The position numbers and the translations under genes are program-made. Below, piece after piece: positions 48,578 through 57,488 of a DNA stretch of 64,000 nucleotides; within the stretch, counting starts at the first letter, position 1; every line of letters begins with the position of its first letter. Source of the DNA: an uncultured bacterium (GTDB lineage: Bacteria > Krumholzibacteriota > Krumholzibacteriia > LZORAL124-64-63). Below the pieces are notes generated by a model. The model saw nothing but the letters and a program-made list of their open reading frames with translations. It was not told the DNA's origin and did not search any database. The stretch is taken from positions 46,906-110,905 of the forward strand of contig CAVSGO010000006.1 in NCBI GenBank assembly GCA_963727525.1, read 5' to 3'.

Positions 48578-49608
48578 TCCCGACGATCATCGACACGCGG
48601 CCGGCGACCGACCAGGCGCCCAGGAACGATCGCGACGCTCAGCACGACCACAAGCTGAGCGTAGCCGAGGGGCCGCACTGGCACGACGGCAGTTCGCTCA
48701 CGCGGACACAGATTCTCTGGCTTATGGCGCTGCTTCCCGCGGGCGTGGCGAGCGGCGTCATGCTCGGCGCACCGGCGTTGCGGGTGATGGCGCTGGCGGT
48801 CGCGGCCGCGATCGCCTTCGATGCCCTCGCCAACCGCGTGATGTCCCTGCCGGATGCCACCTCGAACGGCAGCAGCATCACTCTCGGCCTGCTGCTCGCC
48901 TTTCTCCTGCCGGTCGACGCGCCGTGGTGGTTGGTGGTCGTGGGCTGTTTCCTGACCATCGTGATCGGCAAGAAGCTCTTCGGTGGCTGGGGCGGCTATC
49001 CCGTGCATCCGGTGGCGCTGAGCTACGCGATGCTCGTCGTGTCGTGGCCAGCGCGGATGGACGTCACGGCGTCGCTCGTGCACGCGACCTGGCGCGCCGC
49101 ACCGGTGGAACCTCTACGGCTCGTCAAGACCCTCGGCGCGGCCGCCGCCGCGCAATACGACCTCCACGACCTCCTGCTCGGCGTGCAGACCGCTGGCGTG
49201 GGCGACGCGATGGTGCTGTGGCTTCTCGCGGGCGGTGTCTTCCTATTCCTCGTCCGGCAGGTGCCCTGGCAGATTCCGATCGGTGTCGTCGCCGGCGTGG
49301 TGCTCTGCGCCTGGCTGCTCGGCATGGCCGACCCCGGGCGCACGGCCACGCCGGCCTTCCAGCTCCTGGCGGGCGGTACGGTGTTCATGGCGTTCTTTCT
49401 GGCGCCGGAGCACACGACATCGCCGGTCAACCCGTGGCCGATGTTCCTCTACGGGTGGTTGGGCGGCGTGTTGCTCGTGCTGATCCGCGCGTTCTCGAGT
49501 CACATCGACGGCACGGTATTCGCCGTGCTGCTGATGAACGTCGCCTGTCCGCTGCTCGACCGCCTGGGGCCCCGGATCGTCGGCCTGGAGGTGCCACGCG
49601 ATGCGTGA
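48574..49608 (+). CDS. rnfD: Rnf complex subunit D (NqrB-like integral membrane subunit)
   Basis: ATG overlaps the rnfC stop (ATGA). Polytopic membrane profile with the conserved GGWGGYPVHPVAL-type segment and the FMN-attachment-region context (TSPVNPWP). Confidence 0.8.
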   Translation: MIPTIIDTRPATDQAPRNDRDAQHDHKLSVAEGPHWHDGSSLTRTQILWLMALLPAGVASGVMLGAPALRVMALAVAAAIAFDALANRVMSLPDATSNGSSITLGLLLAFLLPVDAPWWLVVVGCFLTIVIGKKLFGGWGGYPVHPVALSYAMLVVSWPARMDVTASLVHATWRAAPVEPLRLVKTLGAAAAAQYDLHDLLLGVQTAGVGDAMVLWLLAGGVFLFLVRQVPWQIPIGVVAGVVLCAWLLGMADPGRTATPAFQLLAGGTVFMAFFLAPEHTTSPVNPWPMFLYGWLGGVLLVLIRAFSSHIDGTVFAVLLMNVACPLLDRLGPRIVGLEVPRDA

Positions 49609-50206
49609 AATCGGTCGCCTGGTGCTGGTGCTCGGGCTCATCGGCGTGGTGAGCGCGTCGTCGCTGGCATACGTGCGCACGACCCTCGCTCCCCGGATCG
49701 AGCGGCAGAACGATTTCTACGTGCGCGGGCCGGCGCTCGAACGGCTGTTCCAGCAGCCGGCACGCACTCTCCTGGGCAACAAGGTGACGCTGGATGCGGC
49801 CGGCACCCGCTACCTGATCTTCTTTCGGCGAGTGGACGGCGACGTCACGGGTCTCGCCGTGGAAGCGCCTGGCCACGGCGGCTACGCCGGCGACGTGGTG
49901 ATGATGGTCGGACTCGATCTTGTCACCGAACGGATGCTCGGCGTGGAGATCGTCTCGCACGGCGAGACCCCGGGCGTGGGTGCCCGGATCGAGAGACCGA
50001 CATTCCGCAAGCAGTGGCGAGGCTTGCCGATGGACGACACGCTGAATCTGCGCACTGCGGGCGGCAACATCGACGCGATCAGCGGTGCCACCTTCTCGTC
50101 GCGTGCCATGATCGACGGCACCAACCAGGTCGATGGCCCTGATGCGGGATCACAGGGCCGACATCCTGGCGCGCATAGCCGGGAACTAGACGGAGAGCGG
50201 TCATGA
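49601..50206 (+). CDS. rnfG: Rnf complex subunit G (FMN-binding); last ~20 codons possibly frameshifted
   Basis: N-terminal TM anchor ([19 protein letters not shown]), FMN-binding-domain motif [14 protein letters not shown]. From about nt 50130 the +1 frame reads ...[18 protein letters not shown] (protein-like, RnfG-like C-terminus), whereas the called frame reads [23 protein letters not shown]. Confidence 0.7.
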   Translation: MREIGRLVLVLGLIGVVSASSLAYVRTTLAPRIERQNDFYVRGPALERLFQQPARTLLGNKVTLDAAGTRYLIFFRRVDGDVTGLAVEAPGHGGYAGDVVMMVGLDLVTERMLGVEIVSHGETPGVGARIERPTFRKQWRGLPMDDTLNLRTAGGNIDAISGATFSSRAMIDGTNQVDGPDAGSQGRHPGAHSRELDGERS

Positions 50207-50815
50207 CGTTCAGGCAGGCACTCACTCACGGGTTCTGGCGAGACCTGCCGCCTTTCCGGCTGGTGCTTGGCCTCTGCCCGGCTCTGGCCGTCACCTCGGC
50301 CGCGCCCAACGGGCTGGGCATGGGGTTGGCGGTGACCTTCGTGCTGATCTTCTCCAACATGTTCATCTCGCTGCTGCGCCGGGTGATCCCCGAGCGAGGT
50401 ACGGATCGCCAGCTACATCGTGGTGATCGCCAGCCTCGTGGTGCTCGTGGAACTGGGCATGAAGGCGTTCTTCTTCTCGCTCTCCCAGCAGTTGGGGATC
50501 TACATCCCGCTCATCGTCGTGAACTGCATCCTGCTGGGGCGCGCCGAGGCGTTCGCCTCGCGCAATCCTGTGCTGCTGTCCGTGGCCGACGGGGTGAGCG
50601 TGGGGCTGGGCTACACGGTCTCGCTCACGTTGATGGCGTCGGTGCGCGAGGTCCTGGGCGCCGGCACGTGGTTCGGCCATACAGTGTTCGGACATGGTTT
50701 CGAGCCCTTCGGTTTCATGGTCAGGGCGCCGGGGGCGTTCCTCTGCCTGGGCCTGCTCCTCGGACTGATGAATGCCTGGAGCCGCAAGCGCGGCGAGTTC
50801 TTCGTGCAGACGTGA
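50203..50815 (+). pseudogene. rnfE: Rnf complex subunit E, interrupted by a +1 frameshift at about nt 50392-50404
   Basis: ATG 50203 (GGAGAG RBS): [64 protein letters not shown], then junk in-frame. The conserved continuation (E)[43 protein letters not shown]... is in the next frame (ORF 50420..50815). Removing one G from gagcgaGgtacgg joins them. Confidence 0.8.
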
Positions 50816-50829
50816 CGGGAGACCGTGCC

Positions 50830-51405
50830 ATGAACCTGATTCTGCTGACCGTGAGTGCGATCTTCGTACACAACATCCTGCTGGCGCAATACCTGGGCAA
50901 CTGCCCGTTCTGCGGCGTATCGAAGAGGATCGAAACCGCGACCGGCATGGCGGTGGCCGTGGTATTCGTGACCACTCTGGCGTCGATCTTCACCTGGGGC
51001 ACGTATCACCAGATTCTCGTGCCATTGCACCTGGAGTACCTGCAAACGCTGGTCTTCATCCTGGTGATCGCGGCCCTCGTGCAGTTCGTGGAGATCTTCC
51101 TCAAGAAGAAGAGCCGTTCCCTCTACAACGCGCTCGGGATCTACCTGCCACTGATCACCACGAACTGCGCCGTGCTGGGGATCGCGTTGCTCAATATCAA
51201 GAACAACTTCGGCTTCGTGCACATGGTGGTGTATTCCGCCGCCAGCTCGGCGGGATTCGGCCTTGCCATCGTGCTGTTCGCCGGGGTGCGCGAGCGCCTC
51301 TTCCTGTCGCCGGTGCCGCGGTCCATGCAGGGGACGGCGATCGCCCTCGTCACGGCCGGCATCATGTCGCTCGCGTTCCTGGGGTTCGCGGGCATGGTCG
51401 AGTAG
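50830..51405 (+). CDS. rnfA: Rnf complex subunit A
   Basis: ATG 50830. [27 protein letters not shown]...[19 protein letters not shown] (RnfA/RnfE family signature). Confidence 0.85.
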   Translation: MNLILLTVSAIFVHNILLAQYLGNCPFCGVSKRIETATGMAVAVVFVTTLASIFTWGTYHQILVPLHLEYLQTLVFILVIAALVQFVEIFLKKKSRSLYNALGIYLPLITTNCAVLGIALLNIKNNFGFVHMVVYSAASSAGFGLAIVLFAGVRERLFLSPVPRSMQGTAIALVTAGIMSLAFLGFAGMVE

Positions 51406-51420
51406 CCACGGAGACGCACC

Positions 51421-53511
51421 ATGTGGATCCCCGCTGTCGTCCTCGGAGGTATCGCCGCGATCGCGGCGGTGGTGCTGGGCATTGCGGCGCGCGTCTTCCA
51501 CGTTCAGGAAGATCCGCGGATCAAGGCCGTCAATGACCTGCTCGCCGGCGCCAACTGCGGGGGCTGCGGCTACGCGGGCTGCGTCGCCTGTGCGGAGGCG
51601 ATCGTCCGCGGCGAGGTGGAGCCCAACGCATGCGTGGTCGGTCAGGCCGATGTGGCGCGCGCCGTCGCCTCGTTTCTGGGCATGGAACTGGCCGACACGG
51701 AGCCGCAGATCGCGTGCCCCGACTGCCAGGGAGGGTTGCGCGCCTCGCGCAAGTACGCCTACGCCGGCTTTGACGACTGCCGCGCTGCTATGCTCTATTT
51801 CCACGGCCCCGTGTCATGCCAGCACGGATGCCTCGGGCTGGGCACCTGCATCCGCGCCTGCAAGTTCGGGGCGATCACGATGGGGCCCGCCGGGTTGCCC
51901 CTCTTCGATCCTACGCGCTGCGTGGCCTGCGGCGCCTGCGCTCGCGCTTGCCCCAAGGGCATCATCTCGATCATTTCCGAGACGACCAAGATCCTGCACT
52001 GGAATCGCTACACCGAATGCCTGGCCCCGTGCCGGCAGAAGTGTCCGGCGCAGATCAACATCCCCAAGTACATCGAGCACCTGAAGCGCGGCGAGTTCGC
52101 CGAGGCGTTGCTGACGATCAAGGAGAGCAACCCGCTACCGCTCTCCACGGGCCGGGTATGCCCCGAGCCGTGTGCCCTGGCCTGCCGGCGACATATCGGC
52201 GACGAACCGGTAGCGATCAACTATCTCAAGCGCTTCGCGGCCGACTGGGAAATGAGCTCGGGGCGCCGCCTGCACATCCCTGTGCTTCCGGATACCGGCC
52301 GGAAGGTCGCGGTGATCGGAGGCGGGCCAGCCGGACTGTCCGCGGCCTACTTCCTGCGCCGCCTCGGCCACGCCGTCACCATCTATGATCAGATGCCGGC
52401 GCTCGGCGGCATGCTGCGCTACGGCATTCCGGAGTACCGTCTTCCCAAGCGTGTTCTCGACTGGGAGATCGAGGGCATCCTGGCACTCGGCATCCAGGCC
52501 GCGACCGGTGTCGCTCTGGGCAAGGACTTCACCATCGATTTCCTGCGCGCCAATGGTCACGACGCGATCTTCCTCGCCGTGGGTGCATGGCGCGACAATG
52601 GCCTTGGCCTCGAGGACGACGGCGTCTCTGGTATCGTGAGCGGCATCGAGTTGCTGCGGCGCATGCAGACGTCCGCGCCGATCCCCTTACGTGGACACGT
52701 GATCGTGATCGGCGGCGGCAACACCGCCATCGATGCCGCGCGCACCGCCCTGCGAGCCGGCGCGAGTCGGGTGAGCATCGTGTATCGCCGTTCGCGCGAC
52801 GAGATGCCGGCGAATCCGGCCGAGATCGTGGCCGCTGACGAGGAGGGCGTGCGATACCGCTTCCTCAGCGCGCCCAACCGCATCGTATCCGACGCCGGCC
52901 ACGTCACCGGGCTCGAGATTCTGCGCATGGAGCTGGGCGAACCCGATCCCAGCGGTCGGCGAAGGCCCGTGGCGATCGCGGGATCGGAAGAGACGATCCC
53001 GTGCGACCTGATCATCGAGGCCGTGGGCCAGATGCCCGACATCGATTTCCTTGCGGTGCCGGGCATGCCGTCGTTGCCGACAACGCGCTGGAACACGATC
53101 GACGCCAGCGAGGACACGCTACAGACCGATGTGCCCTACATCTTCACCGGTGGTGATTGCTTCACGGGACCCTCGCTCATGGTCAACGCGATCGGTGCTG
53201 GTCGGTATGCGGCACGATCGATCCACTATTACGTGACCGAGGGCAGGATTCCGCCAATCGAGCACCGACAGACCGAACTCATCAGCGACTCGCTCTACGA
53301 GTCCATCGCGGGTGTGGCACCCCGCCCTCGGGTGCACGAGCCCGTCGTGACGCTGCAGGACCGCCTCGGCACTTTCAATGAGGTCGAGGGCACGATCGAC
53401 GAAGAGGATGCCCTCTACGAGGCCGCGCGTTGCCTGCATTGCGGCACCTACTGCTATGACCACGATCTGGAGCAGGAACGTCTGCGGCAGGAGACCGAGC
53501 AGCCGGCGTGA
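51421..53511 (+). CDS. rnfB: RnfB (N-terminal membrane anchor + Fe-S/ferredoxin domains) fused to a GltD/NfnB-like NAD(P)H-dependent FAD oxidoreductase (696 aa)
   Basis: GGAGA RBS. MWIPAVVLGGIAAIAAVVLGIAA, NCGGCGYAGC (RnfB cluster), two 4Fe-4S ferredoxin motifs (CIRACKFGAI / CVACGACARACP); then KVAVIGGGPAGLSAAYFL (FAD GxGxxG) ... VIVIGGGNTAIDAARTA (NAD(P) GxGxxA) ... TGGDC as in glutamate-synthase small-subunit-like flavoproteins. Confidence 0.8.
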   Translation: MWIPAVVLGGIAAIAAVVLGIAARVFHVQEDPRIKAVNDLLAGANCGGCGYAGCVACAEAIVRGEVEPNACVVGQADVARAVASFLGMELADTEPQIACPDCQGGLRASRKYAYAGFDDCRAAMLYFHGPVSCQHGCLGLGTCIRACKFGAITMGPAGLPLFDPTRCVACGACARACPKGIISIISETTKILHWNRYTECLAPCRQKCPAQINIPKYIEHLKRGEFAEALLTIKESNPLPLSTGRVCPEPCALACRRHIGDEPVAINYLKRFAADWEMSSGRRLHIPVLPDTGRKVAVIGGGPAGLSAAYFLRRLGHAVTIYDQMPALGGMLRYGIPEYRLPKRVLDWEIEGILALGIQAATGVALGKDFTIDFLRANGHDAIFLAVGAWRDNGLGLEDDGVSGIVSGIELLRRMQTSAPIPLRGHVIVIGGGNTAIDAARTALRAGASRVSIVYRRSRDEMPANPAEIVAADEEGVRYRFLSAPNRIVSDAGHVTGLEILRMELGEPDPSGRRRPVAIAGSEETIPCDLIIEAVGQMPDIDFLAVPGMPSLPTTRWNTIDASEDTLQTDVPYIFTGGDCFTGPSLMVNAIGAGRYAARSIHYYVTEGRIPPIEHRQTELISDSLYESIAGVAPRPRVHEPVVTLQDRLGTFNEVEGTIDEEDALYEAARCLHCGTYCYDHDLEQERLRQETEQPA

Positions 53512-53541
53512 TCCGGCCGCCATGCAGAAAGGTACGGCAAG

Positions 53542-53949
53542 GTGTATCTACGGACCGCGCGAAATCGCCTGCAGTTCGTGCTCTGGCTCGTCGCGGTGCA
53601 CTCTGCCGCCGTTGCCGTGGGACTCATGGCGCATCCCGTAGCGCTGCTGGAACGCCTCGGCTTCGCCGCCGTGGGCGAGCCGTTCTTCCCGACCCAGGGC
53701 GGCGTCTTCCATCTGGTCATGGCGGTAGGCTACGCGATGGCTGCCTGGTCGCCGGATCGCAACCGCTGCCTGGCCGTGTTCTCGATCGTGGTCAAGGTTC
53801 TGGCCACGCTCTTTCTGCTCGTCTATTGGTTCGTGATCTCTCGTCTACCGGCGGTGCTGCTTTCCGGCCTGGTCGACGGCGCCATGGCGGTAATGATCGC
53901 GCTCGCGTACGCGGCATGGCGACGCGAGCAAGCACGCGAGGTGTCGTGA
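53542..53949 (+). CDS. Small hydrophobic membrane protein of unknown function (135 aa)
   Basis: GTG 53542. Four predicted TM helices (FVLWLVAVHSAAVAVGLMA..., VFHLVMAVGYAMAAW..., VFSIVVKVLATLFLLVYWFVI..., VDGAMAVMIALAYAAW). Stop overlaps the next start (GTGATGG). Confidence 0.5.
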   Translation: MYLRTARNRLQFVLWLVAVHSAAVAVGLMAHPVALLERLGFAAVGEPFFPTQGGVFHLVMAVGYAMAAWSPDRNRCLAVFSIVVKVLATLFLLVYWFVISRLPAVLLSGLVDGAMAVMIALAYAAWRREQAREVS

Positions 53950-55619
53950 TGGACACGAAGCTGCCCGGAATCGTCGTGACCGGCGCCTCCGGCTTCATCG
54001 GTCGGCACTTCCTGGCCAGTGCGGCCGGACGCTACCGGCTGTTCTGTCTGGCGCGCCGCTCGCGCGAGGAGTCGCAGATTCCCGCCTACGAAAACCTGCA
54101 TTGGTCGCAGGTTGACGTTGCGCGCTGGGACGACCTACGCGAGGTCGTGCATTGCGTGAAGAGCCATGGAGGCGCGTCTGCCGTGCTTCATCTCGCCGGC
54201 TACTACGACTTCCACAACATGGAGCACCCCGAATACGAACGCACGAACGTGAAGGGGACCCGCAACGTTCTCAAACTGGCGCGTCAGCTCGGTGTCGGTC
54301 GCTTCATCTTCGCCAGCTCCCTGGCCGCGTGCCGGTTTCCGCCGGCGGGCCTGGCGATCACCGAGGATTCGCCGGCCGACGCCGGATTCGCCTATGCCCG
54401 GAGCAAGCGCGACGCGGAGGAACTCATCTGCGCGCATACCCAATGGATCCCAGCGTCCATCGTGCGCCTCGCTGCGGTCTATAGCGACTGGTGCGAGTAT
54501 CCACCGCTCTATGTCTTCCTGAAGACGTGGCTATCGGACGGCTGGAACGCCTGCATTCTCGGGGGGCGCGGCGAATCGGCGGTGCCGTACATTCACGTCC
54601 AGGATCTGGTGAAGCTCTTTCATGTGATCCTCGAGCGCAGCGCTACGCTGCCGCGACTGGCCGTGTACAACGCCAGCCCGAATTCAGTGGCCAGCCATCG
54701 GGATCTGTTCCAGATGGCGACGCGTGCATACTACGGCACGGACATCCAGCCGCGATGCGTGCCGCGCGTACTGGCGGTACCGGGCGTGTTCCTGCGCTGG
54801 TGGCTCGGCAAGGCCCGAGGGGCGGCGCCGTTCGAGGCGCCCTGGATGATGCGGTATGTGGACGCGCAGCTCCGGGTCGATGCCAACCGCACCCATGCGG
54901 CGCTCGATTGGCGCCCGGCGCCGCGCATGGACGTCGTACGACGGCTACTGGTGATGATCGAGAATATGAAGACGCACTCCGAAATATGGCATCAGCGCAA
55001 TGAGGCGGCTCTACGGCGCGTGGCATACCGTCCCAATCTCGTCATCGCCCGGATCCTCGACGACCTGCGCGAGGAGTTGATCGCCCGGATCGCCGAACGG
55101 GTGAATTCACCGGATCTGGCCTCGCAATTCGCCGGATATCACGACATGGAGCGCGAGACGCTCCGCTGGTACCTCGCGTTGCTCTACCAGGTGCTCGTGG
55201 CGTCCGTGCGCACGCGCGACCGGCAGCTCATCCGGCACTACGCCCAGGTCATCGCCACGAGACGCCAGCAGGAGGGTTTCTCGTCCGACGAAGTGCGCGA
55301 CTTCCTGATCCTGGTGGGCAAGATCGTGACTGAGACGTTGCGCACGCATGCCGAGCTTGTGGGGCACGAGCAGCCCATTCACGACAATGTCGGTCTGGCG
55401 TTCCAGCTCGCGGTCGACGGCATCGAGGACGTCTACGAAGCTCACGAGGCGCTCAATCCGGAATTGATTGCGCGGGGGCAGGGCTTCGCGGAACTGGGCT
55501 CGAACCGCGACCTCGAGCATATGGTTCACCAGCTCCGCGATCTCTGTGGCGATGTGTTCCCGACGCCCGGTGTCCACGCGAACACGGCCACGACGGATCG
55601 TCCCGTCATCGGACCATGA
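53949..55619 (+). CDS. NAD-dependent epimerase/dehydratase (extended SDR) family protein with a ~250-aa C-terminal helical extension (556 aa)
   Basis: ATG 53949 (MDTKLPGIVVTGASGFIGRHF = GxxGxxG Rossmann). YARSKRDAEE (YxxxK). The upstream part of ORF 53508..55619 is read-through. Confidence 0.8.
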   Translation: MDTKLPGIVVTGASGFIGRHFLASAAGRYRLFCLARRSREESQIPAYENLHWSQVDVARWDDLREVVHCVKSHGGASAVLHLAGYYDFHNMEHPEYERTNVKGTRNVLKLARQLGVGRFIFASSLAACRFPPAGLAITEDSPADAGFAYARSKRDAEELICAHTQWIPASIVRLAAVYSDWCEYPPLYVFLKTWLSDGWNACILGGRGESAVPYIHVQDLVKLFHVILERSATLPRLAVYNASPNSVASHRDLFQMATRAYYGTDIQPRCVPRVLAVPGVFLRWWLGKARGAAPFEAPWMMRYVDAQLRVDANRTHAALDWRPAPRMDVVRRLLVMIENMKTHSEIWHQRNEAALRRVAYRPNLVIARILDDLREELIARIAERVNSPDLASQFAGYHDMERETLRWYLALLYQVLVASVRTRDRQLIRHYAQVIATRRQQEGFSSDEVRDFLILVGKIVTETLRTHAELVGHEQPIHDNVGLAFQLAVDGIEDVYEAHEALNPELIARGQGFAELGSNRDLEHMVHQLRDLCGDVFPTPGVHANTATTDRPVIGP

Positions 55620-57078
55620 CCATCTTGCGCGTGAGCACGTGGCCCGCCTGCTCGAGGCGGTACACGTAGACCCCGGCCGGCATCGCGGCGCCTTGGTCGT
55701 CGGTGCCGGCCCACATCGTCACGTGGTGGCCGCCGTCGCGTTCGGCGTCGACGAGGGTCCGTATCCGTCGGCCGCGCTGGTCGAAGATGGCAAGTGTGAC
55801 GTGATCTCCGCCGCGCCGCACGTCGTACCCGATCGTGGTCTGGGGATTGAAGGGGTTGGGAATGTTCTGCTCGAGGGCGATGGCGTTGGGCACGCTGTCG
55901 ATGTTGACCGTGGTGCCCGTGATGCGGTAGACCGTATCGCCGCCGACGTCGACCACGTACAGTTCGCCGAGCCCATCCTGGCCGATCGACGCGAGCCCGC
56001 CGAAGCCGCCCGGCGGCGTGATCTGGTCGGTCCAGTCCGTGACCGGTCCGAATCCGCTCGCTGCCGACCACGCGCCACTCCAGATCTGACCGCTGCAGTA
56101 ATCGGCGAAAAAATACTGGCCGGCAAGCGCCGGTAAGGCGTCGCCGCGATAGACGTAGCCGCCTGAGATGGAGCATCGAAACGGGGTGCCGCCGTGCGAG
56201 TACTCGTGGACCGGCAACACCAGGGTGCCGTCGTTGCAATCACTCGGCGGATCGTAGCAACTCGTGCCTTCCATCAGGTGCCAACCGTAGTTCTCACCAC
56301 CGCTCGAGCTGGCGGGTTGGACGTCGATTTCCTCCAGCTCACCCTGGCCCACGTCGGCGATGTAGAGATCTCCGGTCTGTCGATCGAAGGAGAAGCACCA
56401 GGGGTTGCGCAGGCCGTAGGCCCAGATCTCGTCACGCCCGGGCTGGCCCACCAGGGGATTCGAGGGCGGATTGGTGTAGCCGGGTGCCATGGCCACGTTG
56501 ATGCGCAGGATCTTGCCCAGCAACAGGTCGACATTCTGCGCCCTGTTCTGCGGGTCGCCGGCTGAGCCACCGTCGCCCAGGCCGATGTAGAGCATGCCGT
56601 CCGGCCCGAACTGCAGGCACCCGCCGTTGTGGTTGCTGTACGGCTGTGTCACCGAGATCAGGTGCTCGGCGCTCGTGGGGTCGGCGACGTCGGGATCGGC
56701 GCTGACATGGTAGCGTACGATCTGCGTGTCGCCGTTGACGTCGGTGTAGTCGACGTAGAAGCGACCCGAGATGTCATAGTCGGGCGCGAAGGCGAGCCCC
56801 AGGAGTCCACGTTCGCTCCCCGTGCCGACCAGATCGGAGATGTCGAGGAAGACATCGAGTCGGTTGCCGCCCTGGTCGTAGACCTCGATACGTCCACCCT
56901 GCCGCACGACGAAGAGGCGAGGATCGCCATCCGGCGCGACGAGCCGCACGGGCTGAGCGATGTTCGTGATCACCGGTTCAACCGCAAGGACGGCCGCAGC
57001 CAACTGCGGGCGCATGGTTATCGCAACGAGGATGATAACGAGCGCGGCCAGTACGGGCCGCGAGAATGTGCGTAGCAT
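55606..57078 (-). CDS. Secreted PQQ-dependent sugar dehydrogenase (soluble glucose/sorbosone dehydrogenase family beta-propeller) with a C-terminal FlgD-Ig-like/T9SS-like sorting domain (490 aa)
   Basis: GGAGG RBS. Signal peptide. GLLGLAFAPDY, HNGGCLQFGPDGMLYIGLGDGG, YGLRNPWCFSFD, ENYGWHLMEG (sGDH-family motifs). C-terminus QNIPNPFNPQTTIGYDVRRGGDHVTLAIFDQRGRRIRTL...GVYVYRLEQAGHVLTRKMVMVR. Confidence 0.85.
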   Translation of the reverse strand: MLRTFSRPVLAALVIILVAITMRPQLAAAVLAVEPVITNIAQPVRLVAPDGDPRLFVVRQGGRIEVYDQGGNRLDVFLDISDLVGTGSERGLLGLAFAPDYDISGRFYVDYTDVNGDTQIVRYHVSADPDVADPTSAEHLISVTQPYSNHNGGCLQFGPDGMLYIGLGDGGSAGDPQNRAQNVDLLLGKILRINVAMAPGYTNPPSNPLVGQPGRDEIWAYGLRNPWCFSFDRQTGDLYIADVGQGELEEIDVQPASSSGGENYGWHLMEGTSCYDPPSDCNDGTLVLPVHEYSHGGTPFRCSISGGYVYRGDALPALAGQYFFADYCSGQIWSGAWSAASGFGPVTDWTDQITPPGGFGGLASIGQDGLGELYVVDVGGDTVYRITGTTVNIDSVPNAIALEQNIPNPFNPQTTIGYDVRRGGDHVTLAIFDQRGRRIRTLVDAERDGGHHVTMWAGTDDQGAAMPAGVYVYRLEQAGHVLTRKMVMVR

Positions 57079-57229
57079 GCCGTTCCTCCGGATTTCGGTC
57101 GAGATTCCGTCAATACGACGATCGTCAAGTCAGATATTTATACAGGATATTACTCGTCATGTATGGCGCCAGGCAAGTTTTTGACCGGTGGCGGGAAGAT
57201 CTTGCCCGATCACGATCAGAACACGCCAT

Positions 57230-57247
57230 TGCGACGTGCGACGCACG
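57230..57247. promoter_or_regulatory. Tandem TGCGACG TGCGACG overlapping the perfect palindrome CGTGCG-a-CGCACG, ~190 bp upstream of the sigma-54-type promoter; enhancer (UAS) candidate
   Basis: Seen directly within the 410-bp AT-rich intergenic island 57079-57488. Confidence 0.3.
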
Positions 57248-57423
57248 ATCTCTCCCCGTCCTGGTCGGCACAATTCGAGGAGCGAGTAGAGCGCGAAACC
57301 TCTACCTGTATTACGAAACGGAAAAAGACGACTTTGGTCATGATAACTGATTGCAATATCGCTCGTTACAGCAATATTTTCTCAGTAATTTCTTCATTTT
57401 CTTCTTTCTCCGAGCGATACTAT

Positions 57424-57439
57424 TGGTGTACGTTTTGCA
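57424..57439 (+). promoter_or_regulatory. Sigma-54-type promoter TGGTGTacgttTTGCA (GG 57425-57426, GC 57437-57438, 10-nt spacing) ~50 nt upstream of the decahaem cytochrome gene
   Basis: Matches TGGCAC-N5-TTGCA at the TGG, spacing and TTGCA elements. A/T-tract between it and the upstream repeats (possible IHF bend). Direct repeats CAACACCT x2 (57439-57470) in the leader. Confidence 0.5.
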
Positions 57440-57488
57440 ACACCTGTCAGCGTATCAACACCTTGATGACCCTGTTCAAGGAGACGGC

